Assembly (NCBI GenBank): GCA_020637365.1
Contig: JACJWE010000001.1
Coordinates: forward strand, 47,605 to 111,604
Source: Acidimicrobiia bacterium
GTDB taxonomy: Bacteria; Actinomycetota; Acidimicrobiia; IMCC26256; JAGNEX01
DNA length: 64,000 nucleotides
Direction of reading: 5' to 3'
Each line of letters begins with the position of its first letter. Positions within the stretch are counted from its first letter, which is position 1. Below are positions 1 to 10,823 of the stretch, in pieces. Under the pieces are notes generated by a model. The model was not told the DNA's origin. It ran no database searches and worked only from the letters and a program-made list of their open reading frames with translations. The position numbers and the translations under genes are program-made.

Positions 1-3000
1 AGCGCGTATCGGGCGCGCAAAGCAGCGGAACGGGCGCTCGACGAGAGCGGCATTCGCCACTATTTTGCGAGCTGGTCCTTCCTGACCGTCGTCTACAAGG
101 GTCTGGTCATGTCGGACCGTCTTGAAGGGTTCTATCCCGACCTTCAAGACGAGGACTTTGCATCGCCGTTCGCCATCTATCACCAGCGGTTCTCGACGAA
201 CACCCAGCCATCGTGGGAGCGCTGTCAGCCCTTCCGCCGACTCGCGCACAACGGTGAGATCAACACGCTGCAAGGCAACTACAACGCTATGGTCGCTCGA
301 TCGGTGCTCGGGACCGAAGCGGTCGGCCTCGGTGAGGAGGGGGCGTTCCGCCCCGTGCTCGATCCACGAGACTCCGACTCAGGCATGCTCGACTCGGCGG
401 TCGACCTGCTGGTCCAAGGCGGCCGTGACCTGCGTCACGCGGTTGCGATGCTCGTCCCTGAACCATGGGAAGGTGAGCGAGACCTCCCCGCCGATGTCGC
501 CGAATTCTTCCGATACAACGCGTCGCTGACCGAACCGTGGGACGGACCGGCCGGTCTCGTCTTTACCGACGGTGTTCGGGTTGGTGCTGCGCTCGACCGC
601 AACGGACTGCGTCCGCTTCGTGTACACCGTTGGTCCAACGGCTTGGTCGTCGTCGGTTCCGAAGTTGGGGCGCTCGACGTGCCCGAAGGCGTCACCGTCC
701 GCAGGGAGCGCCTCGGAGCAGGTCAGATGCTGTGTGTCGACCCGACCGGCAACGGGTTTGAAGATGACCAGACCATCAAAGCCAACCTAGCCGCCATCGC
801 CCCATTCGCCCGCTGGAACCGTGACGGCATTCGTCGGCTCGACCCCGGCGTCTCACTCGATCACCTGCCCGACGCCGAGGACCACACCCGCGACGAGATC
901 GCAGCGGGCGTGACGACCGAAGAGCTCACCATGGTGCTCAAAGCCTTGGCGAGTACCGCCAAGGAACCCACATTTTCAATGGGTGACGACACGCCGATTC
1001 CCCCGGCCGCGACGCAAATTCGTCCCGTACATCACAGCCTGAAACAGCGCTTCGCTCAGGTGACGAACCCTCCGATCGACCCGGTTCGTGAACGTCTCGT
1101 CATGTCGCTGCGCACCGTTATCGGCGCTCGAGGACCGTTGCTCATCGATGGCCCCGACGCCGCGAAAGTGTTGGAGAGCAGGTCATTCTTTGTCTACCCG
1201 TCCGCCGTTGAGGCGCTACTCGATGAAGCGACCGCCCTGCTCAGCGCCGTGCGAATCGACGCGACTTTCGACGCATCTGCAGGTGCGGACGGGCTAGCCC
1301 AGGCCTTGGTACGGCTCGGGGATGAGGCGCGCGCCGCCATCGACGATGGCGCCGTCGTCTTGGTCATCTCCGATTCGGCGATGAATGAAGGACGTGTCGG
1401 TATCCCCGGTGTCCTCGCCGTCGGGACGGTGCATCACCGTTTGATCCAGGACGGTGTCCGGTCACGAGCTTCCATCGTCGCCGACACCGCCCATGCCCGT
1501 GACACACATTCGATGGCCGTTCTGTTGGGCTATGGCGCAGACCTGATCTGCCCGTGGCTGGCGTTGCGGTCGGTTGCGATCATCGCCGATAGTGACGAGT
1601 CGAGTGGTTTGACCGCCGCTGCCGCACAAGAAAACTTCCAGGCAGGTATCGAAGAAGGGGTCTTGAAGATCTTTTCCAAGATGGGTATCTCGACCGTGGA
1701 CGGCTACCGGGGGGCGCAGATCTTTGAGTCTGTGGGGCTCGCCGAGGACGTTATTGCTCTCTGTTTGCCGGGCACGGTTTCGGTGACAGGTGGTCTCACC
1801 TTGACCGACATAGCGGACGACCTGTTGACGGTTCGCGCCGCTGCCTATGACGACTCACCAAATCTGCCGTCTCCAGGCCTTATCCGGGAACGTCGTTCGG
1901 GTGAGTTCCACGGCAACAACCCCGAAATCGTTACCGAGTTGCATAAAACTCTGGGGGTTGAGAAGGCGGCGGTTCGTCTCAAGCGCATCAAAGCCGCCCG
2001 CGAACAGGGGACCGAAGACGAGGTCGTAACTCCGCTTTTTGATCGATACCCAGAACAACCCCAGCCAAATGTCGACCCGGCCGATAAGCGCGCGGCGCAT
2101 GTGTTGCAACGGGCATTGGCCGAAGGGCGTTCTGAGTTGTACGCGCAGTTCGCTGAGCTGGTCAACGGCCGCGAATCCTCCGAGCTGCACGACCTGATGG
2201 AGCTGGTGCTCGATCGTCCTGAGGTACCGCTCGATGAGGTCGAGCCAGCAAGCGTCATCGTCACACGATTCTCAACCGGCGCAATGAGTCATGGCGCGCT
2301 GTCGAAAGAAGCCCATGAAGACCTCGCGATCGCCATGAACATGGTTGGTGGCAAGTCGAACTGCGGTGAAGGCGGGGAAAACTGGGACCGTTTTAGGACG
2401 CGCGGCAGCGAGATCGATCGGAACTCCCGCATCAAGCAGATCGCGTCCGGACGCTTTGGTGTGACGCCCGAATACTGCGCCTACGCAGACGAGCTCAACA
2501 TCAAGATGGCGCAAGGTTCTAAACCTGGTGAAGGTGGCCAATTGCCTGGTCACAAGGTCTCAGAAGAGATCGCGAACCTTCGTCACACCCAACCCGGTGT
2601 GGGACTGATCTCCCCGCCACCACATCACGACATCTACTCGATCGAAGATCTCGCCCAACTGATCTTTGACCTCAAACAGGTCAACCCCAACGCCGATGTG
2701 TCGGTCAAACTCGTCGCCGAAAATGGTGTCGGCACCATCGCGTGCGGTGTGACCAAGGCATTGGCCGATGTGGTCCAGATTTCGGGATCAAATGGGGGTA
2801 CGGGTGCATCCCCGCTGTCGTCCATCAAACATGCGGGTATGCCATGGGAGCTTGGTCTCGCTGAAACGCAGCAGGCGCTGTGCGATAACGGTCTGCGCGA
2901 CCGGGTCAAGTTGCGTGCGGACGGCGGCATGAAGACCGGCTGGGACGTCATCCTGAGCGCCCTGCTCGGCGCGGACGAATACTCATTTGGCACGATTGCC

Positions 3001-4143
3001 ATGATCGCCGAAGGCTGCATTATGGCCCGCGCATGTCACAAAGACACGTGTCCCGCGGGTATCGCGACGCAACGTCCTCAGCTCCGAGCCGAGAAGTATC
3101 AAGGTAAGCCCGAAGAGGTCGCGGCGTACATGATGTTCATCGCCGAAGAGGTGCGAACGTATCTGGCGCGGCTCGGCTACCGGACCATGGACGAAGCCAT
3201 TGGTCAGGTGCAGCGGCTTCGCCAGAAGGTCACCGGGCGCCCGCGCGTGGATCAGGTCGATCTTTCGGCGTTGCTCGTCGAACCGAACGATAAGGACGCG
3301 CCCCGCCGGTTCGTTGCAAACGTTCCCGCCCAGCGTCCGCGCAGCACGCTCGACGAGCGATTGATGTTCGACGGCTTTCGCGCTCTCTGGGACGGCGATC
3401 ACATCGCATTGTCATACGACATCTGTACGGCGGATCGCACGATCGGCGCGTCGCTCGGCGGGGCCGTTGGACTTGAATGGGGAGATCGGGCCAACCCCGC
3501 GGGATCGGTGACGGCGACGTTTACCGGTGCTGCAGGGCAGTCCTTTGGAGCCTTCATGAACAAAGGGGTCACCCTCGAGCTCGTCGGCGAGGCTCAGGAC
3601 TATGTCGGTAAGGCGATGGGCGGGGGGCGTATCGTCGTGAGGCCTCCGGCCGACGACGCGGGCTCGCCAGCGTTGATCGGCAACACCGTTCTGTATGGCG
3701 CTACCGGAGGCGAACTGTTCGTCGCGGGTACCGCCGGGGAACGCTTCATGGTGCGCAACTCGGGAGCGACGGCTGTCGTCGAAGGCGTTGGCGATCATGC
3801 ATGTGAGTACATGACCGGTGGCCTCGCCGTCATTCTGGGTCCGGTGGGCTACAACCTGGGTGCGGGCATGACCGGAGGAGAGGCGCTCGTGTACGACCCA
3901 AATCGAGCGCTCGATACTCGGATGAACCCTCAACTCGTCGAGAGCAGGCGCCTCAGTGACGAAACCGCCGGACGTCTTCGGTATCTCGTCGAGGAACACG
4001 CGCGGCTGACGGGTTCGGAGAAGGCTCGTTCGATGTTGTCGGCGTGGTCGGAGGCACTTGAGCACTTCCGCTGGGTGGTGCCGATTGGTCGTGTTGCCGC
4101 CATCGAACGGAGCAACGAGGGTTCGGTGACCTCGGCTGCGTGA
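1..4143 (+). CDS. gltB: Glutamate synthase large subunit, 5' end lies outside the window
   Basis: Frame 1 is open from base 1 (YFASWSFLTVVYKGLVM...) into ORF 109..4143. It has the amidotransferase motif RLAHNGEINT, a central FMN/Fe-S domain (ARACHKDTCPAGIATQ) and a C-terminal GXGXG-type domain (VGDHACEYMTGG). Confidence 0.95.
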   Translation, partial: SAYRARKAAERALDESGIRHYFASWSFLTVVYKGLVMSDRLEGFYPDLQDEDFASPFAIYHQRFSTNTQPSWERCQPFRRLAHNGEINTLQGNYNAMVARSVLGTEAVGLGEEGAFRPVLDPRDSDSGMLDSAVDLLVQGGRDLRHAVAMLVPEPWEGERDLPADVAEFFRYNASLTEPWDGPAGLVFTDGVRVGAALDRNGLRPLRVHRWSNGLVVVGSEVGALDVPEGVTVRRERLGAGQMLCVDPTGNGFEDDQTIKANLAAIAPFARWNRDGIRRLDPGVSLDHLPDAEDHTRDEIAAGVTTEELTMVLKALASTAKEPTFSMGDDTPIPPAATQIRPVHHSLKQRFAQVTNPPIDPVRERLVMSLRTVIGARGPLLIDGPDAAKVLESRSFFVYPSAVEALLDEATALLSAVRIDATFDASAGADGLAQALVRLGDEARAAIDDGAVVLVISDSAMNEGRVGIPGVLAVGTVHHRLIQDGVRSRASIVADTAHARDTHSMAVLLGYGADLICPWLALRSVAIIADSDESSGLTAAAAQENFQAGIEEGVLKIFSKMGISTVDGYRGAQIFESVGLAEDVIALCLPGTVSVTGGLTLTDIADDLLTVRAAAYDDSPNLPSPGLIRERRSGEFHGNNPEIVTELHKTLGVEKAAVRLKRIKAAREQGTEDEVVTPLFDRYPEQPQPNVDPADKRAAHVLQRALAEGRSELYAQFAELVNGRESSELHDLMELVLDRPEVPLDEVEPASVIVTRFSTGAMSHGALSKEAHEDLAIAMNMVGGKSNCGEGGENWDRFRTRGSEIDRNSRIKQIASGRFGVTPEYCAYADELNIKMAQGSKPGEGGQLPGHKVSEEIANLRHTQPGVGLISPPPHHDIYSIEDLAQLIFDLKQVNPNADVSVKLVAENGVGTIACGVTKALADVVQISGSNGGTGASPLSSIKHAGMPWELGLAETQQALCDNGLRDRVKLRADGGMKTGWDVILSALLGADEYSFGTIAMIAEGCIMARACHKDTCPAGIATQRPQLRAEKYQGKPEEVAAYMMFIAEEVRTYLARLGYRTMDEAIGQVQRLRQKVTGRPRVDQVDLSALLVEPNDKDAPRRFVANVPAQRPRSTLDERLMFDGFRALWDGDHIALSYDICTADRTIGASLGGAVGLEWGDRANPAGSVTATFTGAAGQSFGAFMNKGVTLELVGEAQDYVGKAMGGGRIVVRPPADDAGSPALIGNTVLYGATGGELFVAGTAGERFMVRNSGATAVVEGVGDHACEYMTGGLAVILGPVGYNLGAGMTGGEALVYDPNRALDTRMNPQLVESRRLSDETAGRLRYLVEEHARLTGSEKARSMLSAWSEALEHFRWVVPIGRVAAIERSNEGSVTSAA

Positions 4144-4273
4144 CGACCATCTCGGATTCCCAGAGCGTGGGTTGACTCAAGGCAGGACGGCCGCACCAGC
4201 ACAGTGGTGCGGGTGAGCAGCCGTCCCTCGTTCAACGCTTGCGATGCCGACATTGAACGTCACCCAACGTGAT

Positions 4274-4304
4274 GGGGGACCAGCATCTCGTTTGCTGGTC
4301 CCCC
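4274..4304 (+). terminator. Candidate intrinsic terminator hairpin downstream of gltB (no U-tract)
   Basis: Perfect 11-bp GC-rich stem, gggggaccagc / gctggtccccc, with a 9-nt loop, about 130 nt after the gltB stop. No T-tract follows. Confidence 0.3.
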
Positions 4305-4935
4305 ACACGTGCTTATCAACACGTTGCGCTTCGGTCCCGGATTCCCGTTGTTCACAGAGGTTAGCCGGGCGTCTTGAGCGGTCGCCGCTGCTCTCGCTCG
4401 GAGATATCCGCCGGACATCCCTGGCAGGAGCGTGTTGGCGTCGCTGCTCAACACGGTCTACACGTCGGCAGGTTCAACCGCAGGCTGGCATTTGAGTTGG
4501 TCGCCCATGGGTGCGGAGCACCTCCAAGTAACTCGGCGAACCCACGAGGGTGCGTTCAGATCTTGGGGCATCCGTCACGCATCTTGCGCGCTTGCCAATG
4601 CGGTGCGGCTCCTACGTCTTCGACGTGCCGTTAGCGTTCTCAATGTCATAAGCCCGTAGGCGGGTCCCGCTCCCTGGATCGGGGATGTTCTGCAAAATTG
4701 GTCAACGTCCGCCTCCTTCTGGAATCGGGTTGAAACGACTGCGCCAAACGACAGCGCACAGAACAACCGAGGAGTTTTACCCCTCTGAGCTGGTACTTCC
4801 CGCTCACGTCTCAACATTGTGCCCAGCTTCGGAGCGGGGATCAAGACGATATCGCCCAGTTCTCGATGATCTATCTTGCAGAAGGCAGTCATCGGTGGAG
4901 GAGATGCTAGGGCTCGCTGAGCGGTGTTCCGAGCG

Positions 4936-4991
4936 GCGTCAAATGCAGTGTCAAATGCGGCGTCAAATCCGCTGGTCGTCGCTGGTCGTCG
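4936..4991. repeat. Compound tandem repeat: 12-bp unit x3 then 10-bp unit x2
   Basis: gcgtcaaatgca / gtgtcaaatgcg / gcgtcaaatccg, followed by ctggtcgtcg x2. It lies directly downstream (minus strand) of the stop of the CMD-family gene. Confidence 0.8.
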
Positions 4992-5009
4992 CTGTCCGCC
5001 GCAGTGCAC

Positions 5010-5432
5010 TCAGTCGCTCGTGGCTGACGAAGACGCCCCATCGGGCGGTCCTGGCTGGCCATCGGATTGCCAGGTAGCGATGACCGTTTCGCACGCGCTC
5101 ACCAAACCTGCGACGTTCGGATAGCCGGCGTACGGCGCCAACATGATGAGGGTTTCGCGCAGTTCGTCGGGTGTGAGCTCACCATTGCGCAGCGATGCGC
5201 GCGCCTGGATCTTCCACGTATCGATCTGGCCGTTCGCTGCGATCACGCCCATGATCAGCAGGCGCCGCGAACGCACGTCGAGGTGCGGGCGGTCCCAAAC
5301 CTGGGCAAACAGGGTGGTGAGCATCACGTCGTTAAAGGGGATCAGCCCTTCGGGGAGGTCGACAACGTCACCCGCATAGACCTCGTGCATCTTGGCCCGG
5401 CCGCGCTCAAAGTTAGAAGATGTTTGGTCCAT
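5010..5432 (-). CDS. Carboxymuconolactone decarboxylase (CMD/AhpD-like) family protein
   Basis: MDQTSSNFERGRAKMHEVYAG...RSRRLLIMGVIAANGQ...LAPYAGYPN resembles the gamma-CMD family. An internal ATG at 5432 is preceded by GGAGG, which is better than the ORF-track start at 5642. Confidence 0.75.
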   Translation of the reverse strand: MDQTSSNFERGRAKMHEVYAGDVVDLPEGLIPFNDVMLTTLFAQVWDRPHLDVRSRRLLIMGVIAANGQIDTWKIQARASLRNGELTPDELRETLIMLAPYAGYPNVAGLVSACETVIATWQSDGQPGPPDGASSSATSD

Positions 5433-5719
5433 CGTGTGCCTCCTGAGAGTCAGCAGATAGGGAGCCGACCTCGTCGAGTGATTGGGTGCTGGATCGCCCG
5501 AACATGTGGCTGTCGCGGCGCCGCATCTGCCACGATGCCGCCCTAGATGCTGGGCCCCAGCAGGAATCTGGATGGCCAGCCCACCACGTTGGAACGTCGC
5601 GACGTGGCGCCAGCACGGAACAAAAAGGTGAGGGGTAGGCACTGTACCTACCCCTCACCTTTTGAAAAAACCGCAGCCCCTTCTTGCAGGAGCGGCTGAA
5701 TCCGTCTGTCGGGCGAGGA

Positions 5720-7839
5720 CTACAGCATCGCCGGAGCGAACACCAGCGAGACGACGGTCATGACCTTGATCAGGATGTTCATCGCTGGACCAGAGGTGTC
5801 CTTGAACGGGTCACCGATCGTGTCGCCAACGACTGCGGCCTTATGAGCGTCTGAGCCCTTACCGCCGAAGTGTCCAGACTCGATGTACTTCTTAGCGTTG
5901 TCCCATGCGCCACCCGAGTTGGACATGTAGATCGCCAACAGGAATCCGGTCACCAGCGCACCAGCCAAAAAATCCGCCGAGAGCTTGGACCGACACGAAG
6001 CCGATCACCAGCGGCAGGACGACCGCAAGCGCTCCGGGGATCAACATCTCTTTGAGCGCCGCGTCGGTGGAGATGTCGACACACTTGGCGTACTCACCCT
6101 CGACGCCCGGTACTCCCTCACGCAGACCGGGGATCTCGCGGAACTGGCGCCGAACCTCTTCGATCATCTTCTGGGCTGCACGGCCAACCGATTCCATCGT
6201 GAGCGCTGCGAAGACAAAGGGTGTTACACCGCCAAGGAACAGCCCGATCGTAACCGGGACGTCACTGATGTTGAGCGCTCCTTCTGGACCGCCTTCGAGT
6301 CCCGCTGCAAACGAGAACGCTTTGAAGAGCGCTAGTGCGGTGATCGCCGCAGATCCGATTGCGAAACCCTTGGCGACCGCAGCGGTCGTGTTGCCGAGCG
6401 AGTCCAGGGCGTCGGTGACCTCTCGCGCACCTCGGGCGGCAGCTCAGCCATCTCGGCGATGCCGCCGGCGTTGTCTGCGATCGGTCCGTATGCGTCGACG
6501 GCGACGACGACGCCCGTTGTCGCCAGCATGCCGATGGCAGCAAGCGCAACGCCGTACAGCCCAATATCCATGAAGTCGGCAAGGTCCGGAGCGAACTGCT
6601 CACCCATCCAATAGGAGATACCGATGGTGATAGCGACCAACACAACCGCCGGGGCGGTCGACAGGTTGCCCTTTGCGATACCGCTGATCACCACCGTTGC
6701 AGGACCGGTTTCAGCGTTTTTGGCGATGTCTTTGACGGGCGGGTAGTGGTCGCTGGTGAAGTACTCAGAGGTAAAGCCAATGGCCCAACCGGCGACCATC
6801 CCGATGATGACGCAGCCAGCGATGAAGACGGGCTTCACGTCGCCGAGGTCCTCGCCAGCGAACAGCATGTACGCACCCAAGACCGTTCCGACGGTGGTGA
6901 GGCCCCATCGCAACGTATTGCCCTCGGTGGAGCTGAGCCGACAGGCTGCCTCCACCGCCCCGCACCATCAGCGCACCGATGACCGAAGCGACCATTCCAA
7001 TGGCACCGATTAGCAGCGGGAACAAGAAGTACGGCTCGGTAGCGTCGTTGATCAACTCCTTGGTGTTTTCGATATCGATGTTGCGAGCGTTCGCAAAGAG
7101 CAGCGCCACCAGAGTCATCAGGGGCAAAGAGCGAGCCGCGTAGCTCTCGAACAGGTCAGCGCCCATACCGGCGACGTCGCCGACGTTGTCGCCGACGTTG
7201 TCTGCAATGGTGGCCGGGTTGCGAGGGTCGTCTTCAGGGATGCCAGCTTCGACCTTGCCGACGAGGTCAGCGCCGACGTCGGCGGCCTTGGTGTAGATAC
7301 CGCCGCCGATGCGGGCGAACAACGCAATCGACGAACCGCCGAGCCCGTAGGCCGCGATTACGGCGAAGCCGTCGTCGACTTCGAGCACCTTGACAAAGAT
7401 GATGTAGCAGAGCGCGACGCCGAGCAGTCCCAGACCCGCAACGGCGAAGCCCATGACGCCGCCACCGCGAAGGCCAACGGAAGTGCCTTGTCCGAGCCGC
7501 TACGTGCTGCCTGTGTCGTGCGCACGTTCGCGGCGGTCGCGATCCGCATACCTACATACCCGGCGGTCGCCGAAGAAGCGGCCCCCAGCAGGTAGGCGAT
7601 GCCGCCATAAATGTGGGTGTCGATGAAGATCGACATGACGACAAACATCACCCCGACGAACACAGCCACCCAGGTGTATTCACGCTTCAGGAAGGCCATT
7701 GCGCCTTCGCGATGTTGGCGGCGATCGTCTGCATCTTGTCGTTGCCCGGATCGGCCGCCAGGACGATCCCTCTGAAATGAACCGCCAAGCCCAAACCGAG
7801 CAACGCGGTAGCTATGGCTACGTATGGAACTGCGTCCAA
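5720..7839 (-). pseudogene. hppA: Membrane-bound H+-translocating pyrophosphatase, reading frame broken at least 5 times
   Basis: Five minus-strand ORF pieces join into one H+-PPase: AFLKREYTW..., [122 protein letters not shown] start at 7839 follows AGGAGGG. Frame switches lie near 5968, 6420, 6960, 7469 and 7714. Confidence 0.9.
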
Positions 7840-7985
7840 TGCCCTCCTGAAACAGCGCGCCGCCGCTTTTGGCGCGCATCGGTGGTGTTTTCGGCGTTTC
7901 CGCCGCAGGGAGGGTAGCGCGGAACCCTTTGGGCTGCGACCTGGCGCGTTCAAAAGGATCGGGACGTCTGCTAGATTCCGCCGCC

Positions 7986-8504
7986 ATGACACCCATGCGG
8001 GTGGTCGCGACACTGATCGTCGCCGCTGCCATCATGGGTTGGGTGGTCGCGATCGGTCGTGGTGATCCCCTTCAAAACGACAAACCGGTTATCGGGCGCA
8101 TTGAGGTCCACGTCGTCGGCGTTGCCGACGGGGACACGATCGACGTCGAATTCCGCGGTCACGTATCGACCGTTCGCCTACTCGGCATCGACACACCCGA
8201 GACGCACCACCCCAACAAGCCAGTGCAATGTTTCGGTCCCGAGGCGAGCGCTTGGACTACCTCCACGCTGATGGGTGCGACCGTCGAACTCGAATTCGAT
8301 CAGCAGCGCCGTGATGTGTATGACCGCCTACTGGCATGGGTGTGGCTAGACGGAGAACTTGTCAACACCACGCTGGTAAAACTCGGCTACGCGAGGCTCT
8401 TGCTGATCCCGCCCAACCTGGCTCATGGTCGAGCATTGCTCACGGCTCTCGAATCAGCCCAGGGGCGACAAGCAGGGCTCTGGGCCAGCTGCGAAAGTCG
8501 ATGA
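7986..8504 (+). CDS. Thermonuclease (staphylococcal nuclease-like) family protein, membrane-anchored or secreted
   Basis: N-terminal hydrophobic segment MTPMRVVATLIVAAAIMGWVVAI, then SNase motifs VVGVADGDTIDV...VRLLGIDTPE...DRLLAWVWLDG. Confidence 0.8.
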   Translation: MTPMRVVATLIVAAAIMGWVVAIGRGDPLQNDKPVIGRIEVHVVGVADGDTIDVEFRGHVSTVRLLGIDTPETHHPNKPVQCFGPEASAWTTSTLMGATVELEFDQQRRDVYDRLLAWVWLDGELVNTTLVKLGYARLLLIPPNLAHGRALLTALESAQGRQAGLWASCESR

Positions 8505-8506
8505 GC

Positions 8507-10481
8507 TCACCGCTGCACCGAACCGAGGCAATCGAGCAGTTGCGCCCCGAAGGCTTGTCGTCTCGGGCTGTCATCGGCGAGCACTACCGCGAGCTCACGA
8601 TCGTCTGCGGGTAACTCTTCTGCCAAGCGTTGCAGTGTGCCCGATGGCAGGATCGACTCTTCGGGGAGGTTGAGGATGCGCGCTGTGGTGGTCCGCCATC
8701 GTTTCAACGATCGGGTCGCTTCGATTGTTCGCCGGTCACGGGTCACCGGTCGCGGTTCGCGTTGGGGCGGCAGGGGGACGGCTGGCCGCTCGAGAAGCGC
8801 CAGCGCATCGCATGCAACCGCGATTTGGTCGAGGTACGGGCTGGGTTCGCTGCGGCGCCACTTGTTGGCACGTTTGCGGCGTTTGGCCCAGCTCAGGTGT
8901 AGATCGGTGCGGGCACGGGTCAATGCGACATAACAGAGGTTGCGCTCCTCTTGTGCCGCTCGGACATCGGTGTCGTTGCGCAGGGGAACCAGACCGTTTT
9001 CGAGGCCGGTGATCCACACGTGATCCCATTCGAGCCCTTTGGAACGGTGGAAACTCGTCAGCGTCACCGACTCGCCGACGCGCACGAGGTCTTGTGACAT
9101 GGCAACTCGCAGCGACCCCTCGAGCCCTCTCAGGGTTGCGGTTGGTCCCTCGACCCGAACGAACCACTCGGCGTGATCGAAGACCTCCGCCAAAACCGAC
9201 CGTTCCGCGGCGGAGCCGATCAGCTCTCTCGTCTCGCGCAGGTGATGTTTCAGCGGTACGCGGGGAGCGCTGCGGACCGTGTCGCTGAGCAGAGCGAGAG
9301 CGTCGGTAACAGCGGGATGGTCGAGGAGCATGCGCGGTTCGTGGAGCGGTACTCGGAGTCGGTTGAGCGCTGTCGCTAGAACGTCGCTTTGAGCGTTGGT
9401 GCGGAAGAGGACGGCCATGTCTCGCGCCCGACCCCCTCGTCGAATGGACGCAGCGACTGCTTCAGCGACACCCGATGCTTCGGCCTCGTCATCGGCGTAG
9501 ACCGCGATCTGGGGAACGGGCCCCGCCGGGGCATGAGCGGCGGATGCGGGAATGGTGCCCGGCGCCTGGCCGAGCTGCAATCCAGCTGGTGAGTGTCTCG
9601 CCGGGTCGACGACCGCTGCTGCAACGGTCAGCACTTCTCGAGTGGAGCGGTGTGACCGCGACAGAGACACTTGCGTCGCCCCGGGAAACCACGCATCAAA
9701 TCGGGTCAGAAACTCTGGTTCGGCGCCGTTCCAACCAAAGATGGCTTGACCTGGATCGCCCACGACAACGAGTTGTTTTCGGTCTCCTACCCAGGCCTGT
9801 AGGAGGCGCAGCTGGGTGAGGGTGACATCTTGGAACTCGTCGACGTAGAAGGCCCGGAACCTCCAGCGCTGACCCGCCGCGAAGTCCGCGTCGCCGTTGA
9901 TCGCTTCGGTGAGACGAATGAGTAGGTCGTCGAAATCGAGCAATCCTCGTTTGCGTTTCTCGAGTTCGTAGCGTTCGTACCATCGAGCGATCTGCCCGGG
10001 GGCGAGTCCTGGACGAGGCTGCGCTTGGGTGCGGTACTCAGAAGGGCTGAGGCAGCGTGCTTTTGCCCACCCGATCTGCTGGCTTGCCGTCCTGAGAGCT
10101 TCTCGCGGTACAAAGTCACCTAAGACGCGTTCTCGTCGTTCGAGAAGCTGCGGCAACTCCCAACGACGGTCGTCGGCCCAGCGCCGTAGTTCGGCTAACG
10201 CGAGGGCGTGGAAGGTGCCGACGGTGGGACCGGTGCCGAGACCCGCTTTCCGGAGCCGGGATCCGAGCTCACCAGCGGCCTTGCGAGTAAAGGTCACCGC
10301 CAGCACGCGTCCTGGTGCGACCCGACGTTCGTTGACGTCGTGTGCAATGCAGTGGGTGAGGACCCGCGTCTTGCCCGAACCGGCGGGGGGCGATGATGAC
10401 CAGCGGCCGTTGGGTCGTGGTCGCCGCGCGGCGCTGGTCGTCGTCGAGGGGGCCGAGGGATTCCAGATCTATCTTGGGCAC
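8507..10481 (-). pseudogene. UvrD/PcrA-family DNA helicase with C-terminal HRDC-like domain (UvrD2-like), one frameshift in a G6 run
   Basis: The N-terminal piece (GTG 10481, LDDDQRRAATTTQRPLVIIAP...) runs into the Walker A motif (AGSGKTRV) only after a -1 correction at 10385..10390. It then continues as ORF 8507..10306 (VLAVTFTRKAAGEL, YVDEFQDV, TSFHRSKGLEWD, LCYVALTRAR). The tail, LKRWRTTTARILNLPEESILPSGTLQRLAEELP, is HRDC-like. Confidence 0.85.
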
Positions 10482-10823
10482 ACTCGGTGGACCTTCCGTG
10501 AGAGCTCACATATCGCCGACGATCGCTCGGTCGGCTGACCTGGGCGCAACATCGCCGTGATTATGCTCGCCCGATTGGAGCGTTCCCAGCCGTCCGTTGT
10601 GCGGTTTGTCGAGCGGCCACCCGACAGGTGGTGTCGCGCAGCCCATCGGCGTTGGTCACGCGAGGAACGGGTGACTGGGGCCCACCCATAGTACGGACAG
10701 AGAAGTGGGCATTGTCTGCTTCACGGTCTGATGTGGCCGGTGGGCAACCGGATCGGGGAAAACTTCAGCGCTTCTGGTGAAAGTCAACCTCTGGTTGAGG
10801 GTGAGCGGTCATAATGGGCATCC

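Noticed and set aside
4144-5009. Degraded gltD remnant after gltB.
   Set aside because: None of the six frames, even allowing frame hops, shows GltD-like Fe-S (CxxCxxxC) or FAD/NAD GxGxxG segments. The gap is also too short (866 bp against about 1.45 kb).
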